A stretch of 63,690 nt of DNA, filler included, from Chiloscyllium plagiosum (GCF_004010195.1; 4 parts of 2 records of this genome joined end to end with filler, not necessarily neighbours in it), one strand, 5' to 3'. Positions 1 to 12,900 are shown, numbered from the whole stretch's first letter. Program-made: numbers and translations. Notes: generated by a model from the sequence alone, not told the origin.

Positions 1-2090
1 TTTAAAATAGTGATGGAAAGGGATAGACCAGATCTAAAAGTTGAAGTTCTAAATTGGAGAAAGGCCAATTTTGACGATATTAGGCAAGAACTTTCAAAAG
101 CTGATTGGGGGCAGATGTTCACAGGTAAAGGTACGGCTGGAAAATGGGAAGCCTTCAGAAATGAGATAACATGAATCCAGCGAAAGTATATTCCTGTCAG
201 GGTGAAAGAAAAGGCTGGTAGGTATAAGGAATGCTGGATGACTAAAGAAATTGAGGGTCTGGTTAAGAAAAAGAAGGAACCATATGTCAGGTATAGATAG
301 GATAGATGAAGTGAATCCTTAGAAAAGTATAAAGGCAGTAAGAGTATACTTAAGAGGGAAATCAGTAAGGCAAAATGGGGACATGAAATAGCTTTGGCAA
401 ATAGAATTACGGAGAATGCAAAGGGATTTTGCAAATACATTAAGGACAAAAGGGCAACTAGGGAGAGAATAGGACGCCTCAAAGATCAGCAAGGCGGCCT
501 TTGTGTGGAGCTGCAGAAAATGGGAGAGATACTAAACCAGTATTTTGTATCAGTATTTACTGTGGAAAAGGATATGGAAGATATAAAAAGTAAGGAAATA
601 GATGGTGACACCTTCCAAAATTCCCATATTACAGAGAAGGAAGTGCTGGATGTCTTGAAATGCATAAAGGTGGATAAATCCCCAGGACCTGATCAGGTGT
701 ACCCTAGAATTCTGTGGGAAGCTAGGGAAATGAATGCTGGGCCTCTTGCTGAGATATTTGTATCATTGATAGTCACAGGTGAGGTACCGGAAGACTGGAG
801 GTTGGCTAATGTGGTGCCACTCTTTAAGAAGGGTAGTAAGGATAAGCCAGGGAACTATAGACCAGTGAGCCTGACATTGGTGGTGGGCAGGTTGTTGGAG
901 GGAATCCTGAGGGACAGGATGTACATGTATTTGGAAAGGCAAGGATTGATTAGGGATAGTCAACATGGCTTTGTGGGTGGGAAATCATATCTCACAAACA
1001 TAATTGAGCTTTTTGAAGAAGTAACAAAGAGGATTGATGAGGGCTGAGCGGTAGATGTGATCTATATGGACATCTGTAAGGCATTCAACAAAATTCACCA
1101 TGGGAGACTGGTTAGCAAGGTTAGATCTCTTGGAACACAGGGAGAACTCACCATTTGGATACAGAACTGGCTCAAAGGTAGAAGACAGAGGATGGTGGTG
1201 GAGGGTTGTTTTTCAGACTGGAGGCCTGTGACCAGTGGAGTGCCACAAGGATCGGTGCTGGGTCCTCTACTTTTTGTCATTTATATAAATGACTTGGATG
1301 TGAGCATAAGAGGTACAGTTAGTAAGTTTGCAGGTGACACCAAAATTGGAGGTGTAGTGGACAGCGAAGAGGGTTACTATAGGTTACAACAGGATCTTGA
1401 TCAGATGGGCCAATGGGCTGAGAAGTGCCAGATGGAGTTTAATTCAGATAAAAGCGAGGTGCTGTATTTTTGGAAAGCAAATCTTAGCAGGACTTATACA
1501 CTTAATGGTAAGGTCCTAGAGAGTGTTGGAGTGCAGGTTCACAGCTCCTTGAAAGTGGAGTCTCAGGTAGATAGGACAGTGAAGAAGGCGTTTGGTATGC
1601 TTTCTTTTATTGGTCAGAGTATTGAGTACTCTGTTGAGGCTATACAGGATATTAGTTAGGCCACTGTTGGAATATTGCGTGCAATTCTGGTCTTCCTCCT
1701 ATCGGAAAAATGTTGTGAAACTTGAAAGGGTTCAGAAAAGATTTACAAGGATGTTGCCAGGGTTGGAGGATTTGAGCTATAGGGAGAGACTGAACAGGCT
1801 GGGGCTGTGTTCCCTGGAGAGTCGGAGATTGAGGGGTGACCTTAAGGGGCAACTTTTTCACGAATGTGGTGTGTGTATGGAATGAGCTGCTCGAGGAAGT
1901 GGCGGAGGCTGGTACAATTGCACCATTTAAAAGGCATTTGAATGGGTATATGAATAGGAACGGTTTGGAGGGATATGGGCTGGGTGCTGGCAGGCGGGAC
2001 TAGGTTGGGTTGGGATACCTGGTCGGCATGGATGTGTTGGACTGAAGGGTCTGTTTCCATGCTGTACATCTCTATGACTCTGTGACTCTA
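1..2090 (+). mobile_element. CR1/HER1-type LINE, 3' part of ORF2 (RT) plus 3' tail; decayed, runs off window start
   Basis: ORFs 394-1047, 1057-1659 and 1592-1885 give [29 protein letters not shown] and YCVQFW motifs. Stop at 1045-1047; FADD mutated to FAGD. Ends in ctctatgactctgtgactcta tail. Confidence 0.96.
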
Positions 2091-2380
2091 ATTGGAGGAA
2101 GCTTGGGATCACAATATTCTTTATCTAAATCTGTCAACTCTTGAAAGGTTTTAGAGTCTGGTGCCTCAGTGAAAGTTAGGCTCCCAATAACCAAAAAGGC
2201 TGTGGGTTGACAAGCTGTCAGCAAAATTATTTGTTTCATTATCCCCAATATCATTTGCCCAGAAAAAATATTGCATTTATTTTATACAGTGGTTCCAGTC
2301 TTTGCTGCCTATATTGAATAAGTCAAACTTCCCAAATAATAGCATGATGCTAGAAATGCTGACCACAAGTCAAAGACAAC

Positions 2381-2661
2381 TGTTACGAACAGGTTTCTTT
2401 TGGAAAATACTTTATTCTCATAACCACTGAAACAACTTCACAGAGGCCAGTATCACATCATCAAGGATTTTTTTTTTTAACATGTGAAAGTCATTGACGC
2501 TGGTCCAGCTCTCTAATGGCCAACTTTCAGTGTTTCAGAATCTCTGATAATCCTCTTTTTATCTATCAGCCAGGGCTCCCTGTTTGAACCAGATTAACAT
2601 CCCCAGTCAAGGAATTCATATTTTATGAGGTCCATCTGGTTGACCTCGTTACAATCTTACA
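2381..2661. repeat. Possible solo-LTR-like interspersed repeat
   Basis: Begins tgttacga and has tcgttaca at 2646-2653 (short imperfect inverted termini, TG...CA). No clear TSD. Confidence 0.3.
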
Positions 2662-3419
2662 AATTTGATAGGAAGGGCAATTTGGAAAATAACATGAAGG
2701 TTTGAGGGAGTCCCATAGACAGATAAGCTAAGTCTGAGAGATGTCCATGAGACATTACCTGTGTTGCTTCTTATCCTCATCCAAATCATAAGTGTGCAAC
2801 TGAAATGGATAATGACTGCCCTAACACATCGAAAGGGCAAAATAAGTGTTTATTTTTTTATTTTCTATGAAAGATGGGGCTACACTTTCGTGTGTTGTGA
2901 GGTTCTTCAGAGAACAATAGCATAAAACGGATAGATGGTATATTTTAAAGACATCGGTTGTAATATCATGCATTGACCTACTCTGCCAATTTAAAATCTT
3001 GGCCACAAAGTGATTTTGACCATCTCTTTCAACAGTGCAAATTCATCCTAGAACTGGTTGTGAACACAAGTAATGTCTTGTGGTTTTGAAATATTCCCCT
3101 CTAGTTGCACAAGCTGCAATCACCTTCAAGGTTCCATGACTTCACAAAGTACAGGAGTTGCTCAATTCACATCTTTAAGCACCTTTATTCTATATGTCGT
3201 GCTTCCTTTCCTGGCTACAATAGGGATTGTGCATGGGGAAAGCAGTATTCATTATTGGTTCCACAGTCAGTGTCTCCTAATGTATGAGTGTCTAAGACGT
3301 GAGCAGCAAATGTTGAATCAGATCAAAAACGTACCAAGTCTATGTTAAGGCTTCACATTGACAAAACATTTTTGAGGCTTTCATCTGATAGTATTTTGAG
3401 GACACATAAGTGGCACCCC

Positions 3420-3985
3420 AGTAACTTGAACTGAAGGCTCGGCTGATACAGATATTAGATACTGAGGGACTGCTGGGATGTTAAACCAAGTCCCCCTTCT
3501 GTGTTTGAGATTATAATTCAAGCAATATCTAAGAGCAAGTTCAATGTCTTGGTGTCCTGCTAATGGATTTCCTTGACTAAAAACGAATGAACCTGTTCAC
3601 ATGAATGTAAAAGTTCCCACAACATAATTTGTCTGACAGCTAACTCCTTGAAATCCTTTGAGTAAGTTTAACTGATCCTTACTAAAAAGAAATGAGATGA
3701 TCTAATTTTTCTGGACAGTCAGATGAACAGAAACAATGATTGAAGTGCTGCAATTCTCTCAGGGAAGATCAAAGTACATCTGCTGGTTGGTCAACAATTG
3801 TTAGCTAATGAAAAATAAATGAGTTGGCCCTTTGCTCATTTTTCTTTTGTAGATCCTTACTGTGCAAAAATTGGCTCTTCCATTTATCATTGAATCAAAA
3901 GTGACTGCACATCAAATTGAATGCATTGGCTCAGGATAGCCTTAAGTCATGAATTCTGATCGATGAAAGCAAGTTCATTCTTTCT
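3420..3985 (+). mobile_element. Highly decayed Deu-domain SINE remnant
   Basis: Patches actgagggactgctg, ttaaaccaagtcccc and ctgtgcaaaaattggct resemble the better copy at 43061-43452. Confidence 0.35.
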
Positions 3986-4104
3986 CTAGTAATTCCTTAG
4001 CATGTAATAGTAATTGAAGAACTATGTATGAACATTTAACAACTTGGAGATATCTTACGTCCTCATAGGTAATGCATCAAACCTGGCTGAGTAAGAGAGG
4101 ATGA

Positions 4105-4190
4105 ATCAGAGTCACAGATTTGTACAGCACGAAACAGACTATTCGGTCCAACTCGTTCAAATATCCGAAATTAATCTAGTCCCATTTGGT
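4105..4190 (-). mobile_element. CR1 3' tail fragment
   Basis: agagtcacagatttgtacagcacgaaacagac is the reverse complement of the CR1 tail seen at 2041-2090. Confidence 0.6.
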
Positions 4191-4411
4191 AAATACTTTT
4201 GAATTTCTTATCAAAGTTATTAAGATTATTTTTCAGAAAGTTGACGTGCTCTGGGTTCGGGGATTAGAGGATTAAATTTAGAATGATTTACAAGCAATTG
4301 CAGCTGCAATGGTGTAAGCACAATTCAATCATGGATTTTTCCAAATTAATTTTCTTTCTGTTTTAAGCAATACACACGTGGCTAGGCTTAACAGATTCAT
4401 CCAAATATGTG

Positions 4412-4592
4412 GGCGAAAGTGAGGTCTGCAGATGCTGGAGTAGAATTGAGAGTGTGATGCTGTCAGACAGCATCCGAGGAGCAGGAGAATTGACATTTCG
4501 GGCACAAGGCCTTCATCAGGACAGATCCTCGGTTCTCCTGCTCCTCGGATGCTGCCTGGCCTGTTGTGCCTTTCCAGCACCACACTCCTGAC
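4412..4592 (-). mobile_element. Penelope-like (family 1) short fold-back element with hammerhead remnant
   Basis: 15-bp TSD tcatccaaatatgtg (4397-4411 / 4593-4607). Inverted arms. Minus-strand CTGATGA-aggccttgtgccc-GAAA-tg-tc at 4492-4519. Confidence 0.85.
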
Positions 4593-6277
4593 TCATCCAA
4601 ATATGTGTCTTGTCAATTAGCCTAAACAGCATAGAAACTAATTTTTGACTGTTGCTACAGCAATTTTAACACATGCTTTAACTCATGGAAAGAAAGATTC
4701 ACACACTCCTTAATAATTGTGTGGAAAGTGGGTTTCCTCAATAAAACCCTATTCATATAATAGCAGATCTAAATTCAAATACGACTGTGTCAATGCTATA
4801 GGTTTAAACATTTGAAATATTCAAATGTGGATTCAAAGTCAGGGGAAAATGTATTTTAATCACTGTCTCTCTGTACATGTTATGTGTATGCACCACACAT
4901 TGCAAATACTACAAATCCCCAGTCTGAAGACTGCTTATAACATAGGGTTAAATAACTGAAAAATCATTGTAGCTTTAATTAAAAAGCCAAGCAATCTATC
5001 ACATTTTGAAGAAAGACTAAACACTTGTTTGCCAGTTAATCAATAATCTGTGATATTTTTCATTATTAATATGGAAAAAACTAATTATTCAGCACAATTA
5101 TCTGCTTTGATGTGAATGGTTGAATTAGGATGCATTATGGAGTTACTTTAATCATGAATTTTGATGGTCAGCAGCAGCTCTTTCAAACCTCACTCCTTTC
5201 AATGTTTCTCTGATGTCAAATGTATAACATATAACATAATAGCCGTTCTTAATGCATACATATTTCATTGTTCTCTTCCCAGAGGGAATTGGAGCATTGC
5301 AATCATTGTTTCCGTTCATCTGTCTGTCCTGAAACATAAGAGCTTCCAGATTTTTTTTACAAGGCATCAACTGAACTTACTCAGAGGGTTTCAACGAGTT
5401 ATGCACTAGGCAATTGGGCTGGATCTAATGATATCATTATATGGTATATGAGGATTTTAGTTTCCAGCATCAACTGTGCAAGTCAATAAACCTTTAATGG
5501 ATTTGTACCAAAATTCACTAAGGAGAATTATGTGCGGATTTTAGACAGGAATCTCAAGACGGAAACCAATATAATATTATCCCTGTCAGCTAGTATTGAC
5601 AAAAGAATGCACAGTATGATAGAAGGTCAATTAACCTTTTGAAACTATTATTCATAGGGGGTTGCAATAAGATCTCAGTGCCTCAAGTAATTGTACCCAG
5701 TTTGATACCTAATCTTAGTTCATCACTATGGAAATTCATGGCATTACTCAGGTTACGGGAGTGACTCTCTCCCAGAAGATATTGTTTGGTTCTGCATTTG
5801 TCTGAAAGGGATGGTGGAATCGGATATTAGAGCATGTGCTATAAATTTTTCTCATTGTTGAAAAATACATTTTAATTATGGTATGATTATTATAATTATA
5901 ATAATTTATATCAAAAATGAAAATCAACAAAATTATATCACACAAGACATTAACAGTACCCCTTTTAAGTTCATGAAGTATTTTTGAATACTTCTATTAT
6001 TCACAAAGCAAAAGGTGAGAATTGTTGAGTTGAGATATAATTTGACCAATTAACAGTTTATCTGTAGGTCTAGAGTGCAAAACGAGATGTGCTGGATTGT
6101 TGTTCAAAATGATATCTGCATTGGAATGCCCTCAGTTTAACACCAGACAATCACGGTTTACCAGTGACAGAATGCAATTGTGAAGATGTTACTAAATTAA
6201 GTGATATTTAGCTAAAATTTGTCTTCGTCTTCGTGAAGAGAGCCCTGCATGTGTCACAAGACGGTAATGATACTTTC

Positions 6278-6405
6278 AAAAGCAAAAGACTGCTGATGAT
6301 GGAAACCTGAAATAAAAACAAATTGTTGGAAATGCATAGTAGGTAAGGCAGCATTTTATGAGAAAGAAACAGAATCAAAGTTTCAGACTGACAACCTGCT
6401 GATGA
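6278..6405 (-). mobile_element. Old Penelope-like 3' end remnant
   Basis: Degenerate match to the old PLE arms at 24924-25097 and 34600-34720. Confidence 0.45.
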
Positions 6406-6774
6406 GTACTAGGTCACTCAATAAGTCACTGAATACCTGAAAACAAGTAATGGTTTCGACAGAATGTTTTGAGTGAGACCAAAGGCCTTAAACTCTTGGC
6501 TGGGGATTTCACAACTTTTATTCATAGTACCATACACCACCAAGCACTTCTACTAGATCAGCGACAGCTAGTAAAATCAGTCAGCAACTCATGTAAAAGT
6601 AGTTACTAATCACTTTAAATGGCGCCAGTGAGGAGCCCTTTCTGCTTGTAATTAATGTCTGCTTCTGTATGTTCAGCTGTGTGGGATCCAGTAAGAGCTT
6701 AACCGGAACGTTCAGAAATGACGCTGTTTTGCGATAAAATTAAAAGTTGGAGATTGAAGTCGCAGTCTTCATTT

Positions 6775-8560
6775 TATCTTTATTTGGGTTATGGGCATTG
6801 CTGCCTCAGACAGCATTTATTGCCCATTCCTGAATACCTTTGAGAAAGTAGTGGTGAATCACTTCTTTGAATCGTTGCAGTCCTAAGTGTTGTTCAAAAA
6901 GGTTTTCCATGATTTTGACCTGGCAACAGTAAACAACCATTGATATAGTTCCAAAGCAGAATGGTGTATGCTTTAGAGGGGAACATGAGTGTGTGATATT
7001 CCCATACTTCTGCTGCCTTTGTCCTTATCAGTGGTAGAAGCGACTAGGTTGAGCAGTGAGTTGCTGCAATGCTTCTTATATATATAGAGGAACCTCGATT
7101 ATCCGGCATTCGATTATCATAATTCCAGATTATCCAAACAAGATCGCAAGGTCCCGATGCTTGGCAAAACTGTGCTATCCAGCATTTGATTATCTGAACA
7201 AAGTACTCTTCACCTGTGCCATTCGGATAATCAAGGTTCCTCTGTATTACACACTACCCTGCTATGCTGCTTTGGAGGTGGAGGAATTGAAAGCTTAAGG
7301 TGGTGCTGGTGCCCATTCTTAGTTACTTTTGAGAAATGTTGAAGTCATAAGCTGCTGCAGCTGATGTGCTGTAGGTAGATCCACAATGCTGCTAGGGAGG
7401 GGAATTCCAAAAAAATTAGCTCAATGACACTAAGGGAACCATGATATATTTCCAAGTCAGGATGGTGAGTGGGTTAGAGCAGAATTTGCAAGTGTGCCCA
7501 TGTATCTCCCATTGTTGTCCTTCTAAATGGAGGTGGTCATATGTTTGGAAATTGTTTTCTCAGGACATTTGGTGAAGTTCTGCAATGTATCGTGTAGAGG
7601 GTACACTTTGTTACTGCCAGGCATTGATGGTAGAGGGTCATGTTTGTGGATATGGTGACAATCGGGGGAGGGGATTTGTTTTGTCCTGGTTGGATTCAAG
7701 ATTCTTCAGCCTTTTTGGACCCACGTTTACGTAGATAAGTGAAAGTGTTCCATCACACTCTTGACTTCTGTTTTGTCAACGGTAAACAGGCATTAAGAAT
7801 TCAGGAGGTGAGTTATCCACTACAAAATTCCTAGCCTCTGATCTGTAACCAATGTATTTGTATGGCTAGTTCAGTTCAGTTTTTGGACAATGGTAATCCC
7901 AGGACTTTGATAGTGAGGGTTTCAGTGATAGTAATGGCATTGGATGTCAAGAGATAATGCTTAGACTCTCTCTTGCTTAAGATGACCATTACTTGGCATT
8001 TTTAAGTACCTGCCTCTGGCCCAGTCACATACCTTTGTCCTTCATGAATTGGGCCACTTATTCAGTACTGATGCTACCGAGCCACTTTTGGTATGGATAT
8101 TGATATTTCCTGTCCAGATTTCATTCTGTCTGCTTGTCGCTCTCAATGCCACTACCATTTAATGTTCAATATAGCGGAGTAATGATCAAGTAGCTGAAGC
8201 CTACGCAGAAGAAGCATATGGTAATCAACAGACTACCTTGCCCAAATTTAATGTGATGCCATGAGAGTTCAATGGATGGAGAGTCCATGTTGAGGACTCT
8301 GAATGCAACTCTCTCTCAAGTTCATGCTACTATGCTACTGGAGCTGTCCTGTCAGTGGGGCAGGACATTAACAGTGAAGTTAATAATGATACCTGAGACA
8401 TTATAGCTTTGATGCATTTGGTGAATATGGTTATGATAGCCTGATGTTTGACTGGTTTGTGGGACAGTTCTTCTAATTTTGGTACAGACAGGACTTTCCA
8501 AAATCAACATGGCTGCATGTACCGCAACCATTTCTGTAGAGTTTGGCATGTAGAAGTGAA
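6775..8560 (-). mobile_element. Old CR1/L2-clade LINE, decayed
   Basis: Reverse complement resembles the fragments at 50740-52420 and 37590-38500. Starts with the gcatttattgcccat tail shared with the SINE at 35590. Interrupted by a MITE. Confidence 0.6.
7085..7244. mobile_element. pogo/Tigger-type (Tc1/mariner) MITE
   Basis: 21-bp terminal inverted repeats tagaggaacctcgattatccg (7085-7105) and cggataatcaaggttcctctg (7224-7244). TA on both flanks. Internal gattatc repeats. Confidence 0.85.
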
Positions 8561-8589
8561 CGACACTGTCATGAATTGTGGTCACCTGG

Positions 8590-8810
8590 AGGCCACATAA
8601 GATAACAATAGTTCTTCCCTAATTGAACCACATGAATTTTCATGACTGTAGTCTCACGGGAATCATGACTGGGACAAGTTTGTAATTCCAGATTTATTAA
8701 TTAATTGCATTTAATTCCACTAGCTATGTGTTGGGATTGGAAACTGTTATCCTGAGAGCATTAGCCTGGTCTTTTGGATTACCAGTCCAGTGAGATTAGT
8801 ATTTACCACC
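8590..8810 (-). mobile_element. Decayed tRNA-derived SINE (same family as 35590-35914)
   Basis: aattccactagct...tgggattggaa...ggattaccagtcc matches the head of the 35590 copy. Confidence 0.5.
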
Positions 8811-9178
8811 TCTTAGTTTACTCTTACTCGAGATCTTGCCAACATCTTTACTAATTTCCTACCAAAGTGTCTTTCAGCATAATCAGCACGAGAAGATTGC
8901 ACATTTGCAAAATGATACCCTTTATTTCAAAAATACAGATGTTATGCAATTATGTTTTTCAGCCATAACGTCCCAATTTTAATCCAGTGTCATAATTGTT
9001 ATTTATCTTCGAGCAGAATGGATAATGCTTTGGCTGTCCTCTGGTTATCATATCTTAAGGAACAGCAGACCTTACTTATAGAAAGCATTCAGTCTGCTGC
9101 AATACCCTTGACCTGTTTTATGATTACAATCTGACATGTCAGTTATTTGAGGTCAATTACTTGCTATTATTCTATGTA

Positions 9179-9402
9179 GCTGAAAATGTGTTGCTGGAAA
9201 AGCGCAGCAGGTCAGGCAGCATCCAAGGAACAGGAGAATCCACGTTTCGGGCATAAGCCCTTCTTCAGGAAATTTCCTGAAGAAGGGCTTATGCCCGAAA
9301 CGTCGATTCTCCTATTCCTTGGATGCTGCCTGACCTGCTGCGCTTTTCCAGCAACACATTTTCAGCTCTGATCTCCATCATCTGCAGTCCTCACTTTCTC
9401 CT
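9179..9402 (+). mobile_element. Penelope-like (family 1) near-perfect fold-back element, 95-bp arms with no spacer
   Basis: Palindrome 9178-9367 centred on aaa|ttt (9272/9273). 35-nt unpaired tail at 9368-9402. 15-bp TSD ctattattctatgta (9164-9178 / 9403-9417). Confidence 0.92.
9277..9304 (+). ncRNA. Minimal type-I hammerhead ribozyme core
   Basis: CTGAAGA-A-GGGC-TTAT-GCCC-GAAA-CG-TC: conserved boxes, 4-bp stem II, GUC cleavage triplet, palindromic ACGT stem III. Confidence 0.8.
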
Positions 9403-10874
9403 CTATTATTCTATGTAACATGTTAAGTCTTAACTCAAGTTTGGCATTAAACCTTCCCTCTTGGAACATACAGTTAGGGAACAAATAATTTGATTCCATA
9501 AATGCCAAAGTCAATAAATAAACGCACTAACTCAAATAATTCATTTGCCCCAACAGAAGGCTAATACATCAATTGCCTTGACCTGCTCTCTGAAATAAGT
9601 TACCGCTCAGGAGTAGGCTATCAATCCAACTCTCAATTTATCCTTTACACTATGCTAATATATTAATTCTCACAAAAAAGACTTAAAATATACAATGTTA
9701 CTGCCCCCCCCACCCCAGAAATTAAAAGTGTCTGCCACATGGTTGATTTAATTTTAATTCATTCCCCACTGTTGTTATCCTCAAAGATTTTTACTAATGT
9801 TGCTAATTTACTAATACATTTAGCTTGTCCTGGAGCCTAACATAAGCTATTGCTATGTCATTACAGCTCTCTCTTGGAATCTACAGAACTGGAGCTCAAT
9901 TCTAGCTATTAATGGAAGCTTCTGTGAACTACTTGGAGGGAGAAAAAAAAAAGTTTTCTTTTGCGAGTTCAATTTCCTGAGGATTAGAGCATGCAATCCC
10001 AGCATTATTTGGCCAGATGTGACAGAGTAAATTTAGGAATGACCCACAGTCTTAATCGAATATGCCCATTTTTAGGAGGTCACTAACCCTCAGAAGGAGG
10101 CTCAATGCCGGGAATTATCTTGGCTGTGTTGTCCTTTCCAGGCAGTGACCTAGATCTCAAACTGAACTCAAGAGTTCGATCCATGTTAGGAACAGAATGG
10201 GACATATGTGGTTTCTAAATTAGGGTGCTATCTTGGATGTTCCCAGAAATTAAAGTAACTTCTTTGGTTGATTGGCAATTTAATAGTTATGGGAAATAAT
10301 ATATTAGCATGGTGTAATATCTGGAATGATGGTTGGACTGATAGCATGCTCCTGAGAAATAATTAATTATGGGAAGTCAAAGCAATTGATTTATCAACCT
10401 TGTGTTGGGGCAAATTAATCCATTGGGTTGGAGATTTTATTCATTTACTTTGGCATTTATGGATTGGGAATATTTATTCTTTCATTATGTTTCCTACAGG
10501 AGAGGTGAAATGCTAAATATGACCTAAGTCTGAACACACTCCATAAAATAACATCAAGTAATCAACCTCACAAAACTTGCGAGCAATCATAAGCTAGGTC
10601 AAGTTCATTTGGGTCTTCTGCAACTTTAAGAAAGTGAGGTTGTCAACAAAAAAAGCATAGGGTAATTAGTTGATAGGCATTGCAACTCTCATCACTTCTC
10701 TTATGCACATTGGAACAGGCACCCGTTAATGACATGTAAGTAAGTTATCCCTAAGTATTACAGTGAGGTCAAGAACAGCAGGGAGGGGTAGGTGCGGGAA
10801 CGGCAAGGAGCTTAAATACCTAACTCAGAAGTAGTCACTTATGAAATTCAACTTTGTCAGATCCATTGTTTTAA

Positions 10875-11196
10875 TCATAGAATCCCTACAGTGTAGAAGC
10901 AGGCCATTCAGCCCATCGAGTCCACACTGACCCGCCGAACAGCATCTCACTCATGGATTTCCCATGGCTAATCCACCTAGCCCGCACAGCACTGAAAACT
11001 GTGCAATTTAAATGGCCAACCAACCTAAACTACACATCTTTCAACTGTGGGAAGAAACCAGAGCATCCGGAGAAACCAATGCAGACACAGTGAGAATATG
11101 CAAACTCCACACAGACAGTCACGCAAGGCTGGAATTGAACCCAGGTTCCTGGCACTGTGAGGCAGCAGTGCTAACCACTGAGACATCTTGCTGCCC
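10875..11196 (-). mobile_element. HE1-type V-SINE (tRNA-derived)
   Basis: Reverse complement has A/B boxes (cagtggttagcactgc, gggttcaattcc), the V domain (tgtgtggagtttgca) and a CR1-like tail. Confidence 0.9.
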
Positions 11197-11371
11197 ATTT
11201 GAATGAAACTTTTCAGGTATCAAAATGACATATACCACTGCTTATGCATACTTCTGTAATGAATTAAAACAGATACCCAATTGGCAAAAAGATCAGTGCA
11301 AACATGGTTAATGTTGCCCAGATGTATGCACAGTAATGTTGACCTGACATCAGCATTGTCATTTAGGAAAA

Positions 11372-11540
11372 TTAAAACAAAGAACTGTGAATGTTGGGAA
11401 TCAAGAAAGGGGAAAATTCCTGGAACAAAGTCTGCAGAATGGACAGCATCTGTGGAGAGAAAGCCGAGTCAATGTTTTGGGTTCCTTCTTCGGAACAGTT
11501 CTGTTGAGTTTTTTTTCAGCGATTACTGTTTTTCTTTGAC
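11372..11540. mobile_element. Old Penelope-like fold-back remnant
   Basis: aaaacaaagaactgtg...cagcatctgtggagagaaag resembles 24924-25097; short inverted tail. Confidence 0.45.
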
Positions 11541-12049
11541 TCAGTGCTCTAGATGATGCCCTGCCTTGGATTTTCACAGCTGCATATGTTATTAAGGACT
11601 AGCAAGAACCCTCATGACTGCTATTTAAAAAAGATAATTAATTATTCACAAGTCAGTTACTAGTAGATTCTTGTGGTTGCTTTTGTTTAGGATATTACCA
11701 ACATTTGCTGATATTCATAACTTTATCAAATAGCAAAAATTTACAGGGTAGATCCTGAAGTGCATTTGCTGACTTTGAGGTTCTTAATAAACCATACTCA
11801 TGAGCCTTTCACCTTTGTTTACAGTATAATTTAATTAATGAACAGGGCCACACTGAGTAGACAAATCTCTGGAAGAGAGAGGATGAAGAAGGGAACAGGG
11901 AGATGGACTCTCAGAAGTAACATCATTTTCAACTAAGTTCTAGAAATCAGGGCAAATTTCTTCCTAGGTAGCAGTGAGTCACATTTTTAGGCGAACTGCT
12001 TCTTGTTGATGACCTTATTGTCTACAGATCTCCCCTCATTAATATGGAT

Positions 12050-12900
12050 GTTGCAATCTTACCATCTGCCACAAATCAATATGTTAAAAGAGCAATTACC
12101 TACCTGAATATCAGTCCAGAACAAGCTCTCAAATGTTTGAGCTTCAATAAGGACATTCTCACTGAAACCTCGCAACTGCTGAAGCCTACAACAACAGTCA
12201 GATCAGAGCAAGATTACTTTCGCAGTAGTATTGAAGATGATCATGTTAAAGACTTCTTTTTTATGAATGGTTCTTCAAACCTGTAGGGGGATAATTATGA
12301 AGAACATTTTGTCTATTATTGCAGGAGGGCAGAATCAGAATTTGTCTATTCAAAAATATATATTTCATTCTGTCTTGCTAGCAAGCTATAAATGAGGCAA
12401 GCATGTGACGTTGCTTTAATTGCAAGCTTTCCTGTCATATCGGGTTTCACTGGCTATGTGCATACTGCTTTGTGAGCACCACATATTAATCATGCCACAT
12501 ACCAAAGATGTGACTGCAGGTTGTGAATTATATAAGCTCATATTTGATAATCTGGCAGTTCTCTTATGCCATCTACATTCCTACCACTATCAGTGATGTA
12601 AGGGATGTAAGGGATATTGATCATTATTGACAATCTTTATGACTCTGCATTTAGTGAGAGCTATTTTGTCACAAGAAATAAGATAGACCAGAGCATCAGC
12701 ATATTTAAACAGTGATGCTAGTACCTTGTCTGGCCTGGTCAGGAGGGTTTCTGTGGTATTTGTGTTTGCAGGCAATAAGATGTCAGCTTGTTGTGAGATG
12801 CACAACCATGATACCATGGGACAACAGCCAATGTTGCCAGCAATCAACAAGAAGCTCTAGATGAGGAGCTTGATGAGGATGAGGAAGAACAGGAAAAAGG
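12050..12900 (+). pseudogene. Decayed PIF/Harbinger (HARBI1-like) transposase
   Basis: Colinear peptides read by eye: TYLNISPEQALKCLSFNKDILTETSQLL, FFMNGS, ASFPVISGFTGYVHTAL*APHIN, ACCEMHN and an acidic DEDEEE tail. These resemble HARBI1-family motifs. Many frameshifts. Confidence 0.6.

Noticed and set aside
394..1885. Functional reverse transcriptase gene
   Set aside because: Premature stop, FAGD in place of FADD, frameshifts and microhomology deletions.
9179..9402. DNA-transposon MITE, miRNA or CRISPR-like interpretation of the recurring hairpins
   Set aside because: Arms are contiguous with PLE GIY-YIG coding sequence in longer copies. The asymmetric tail and ~15-bp TSDs do not fit a MITE, and there is no regular repeat-spacer array.
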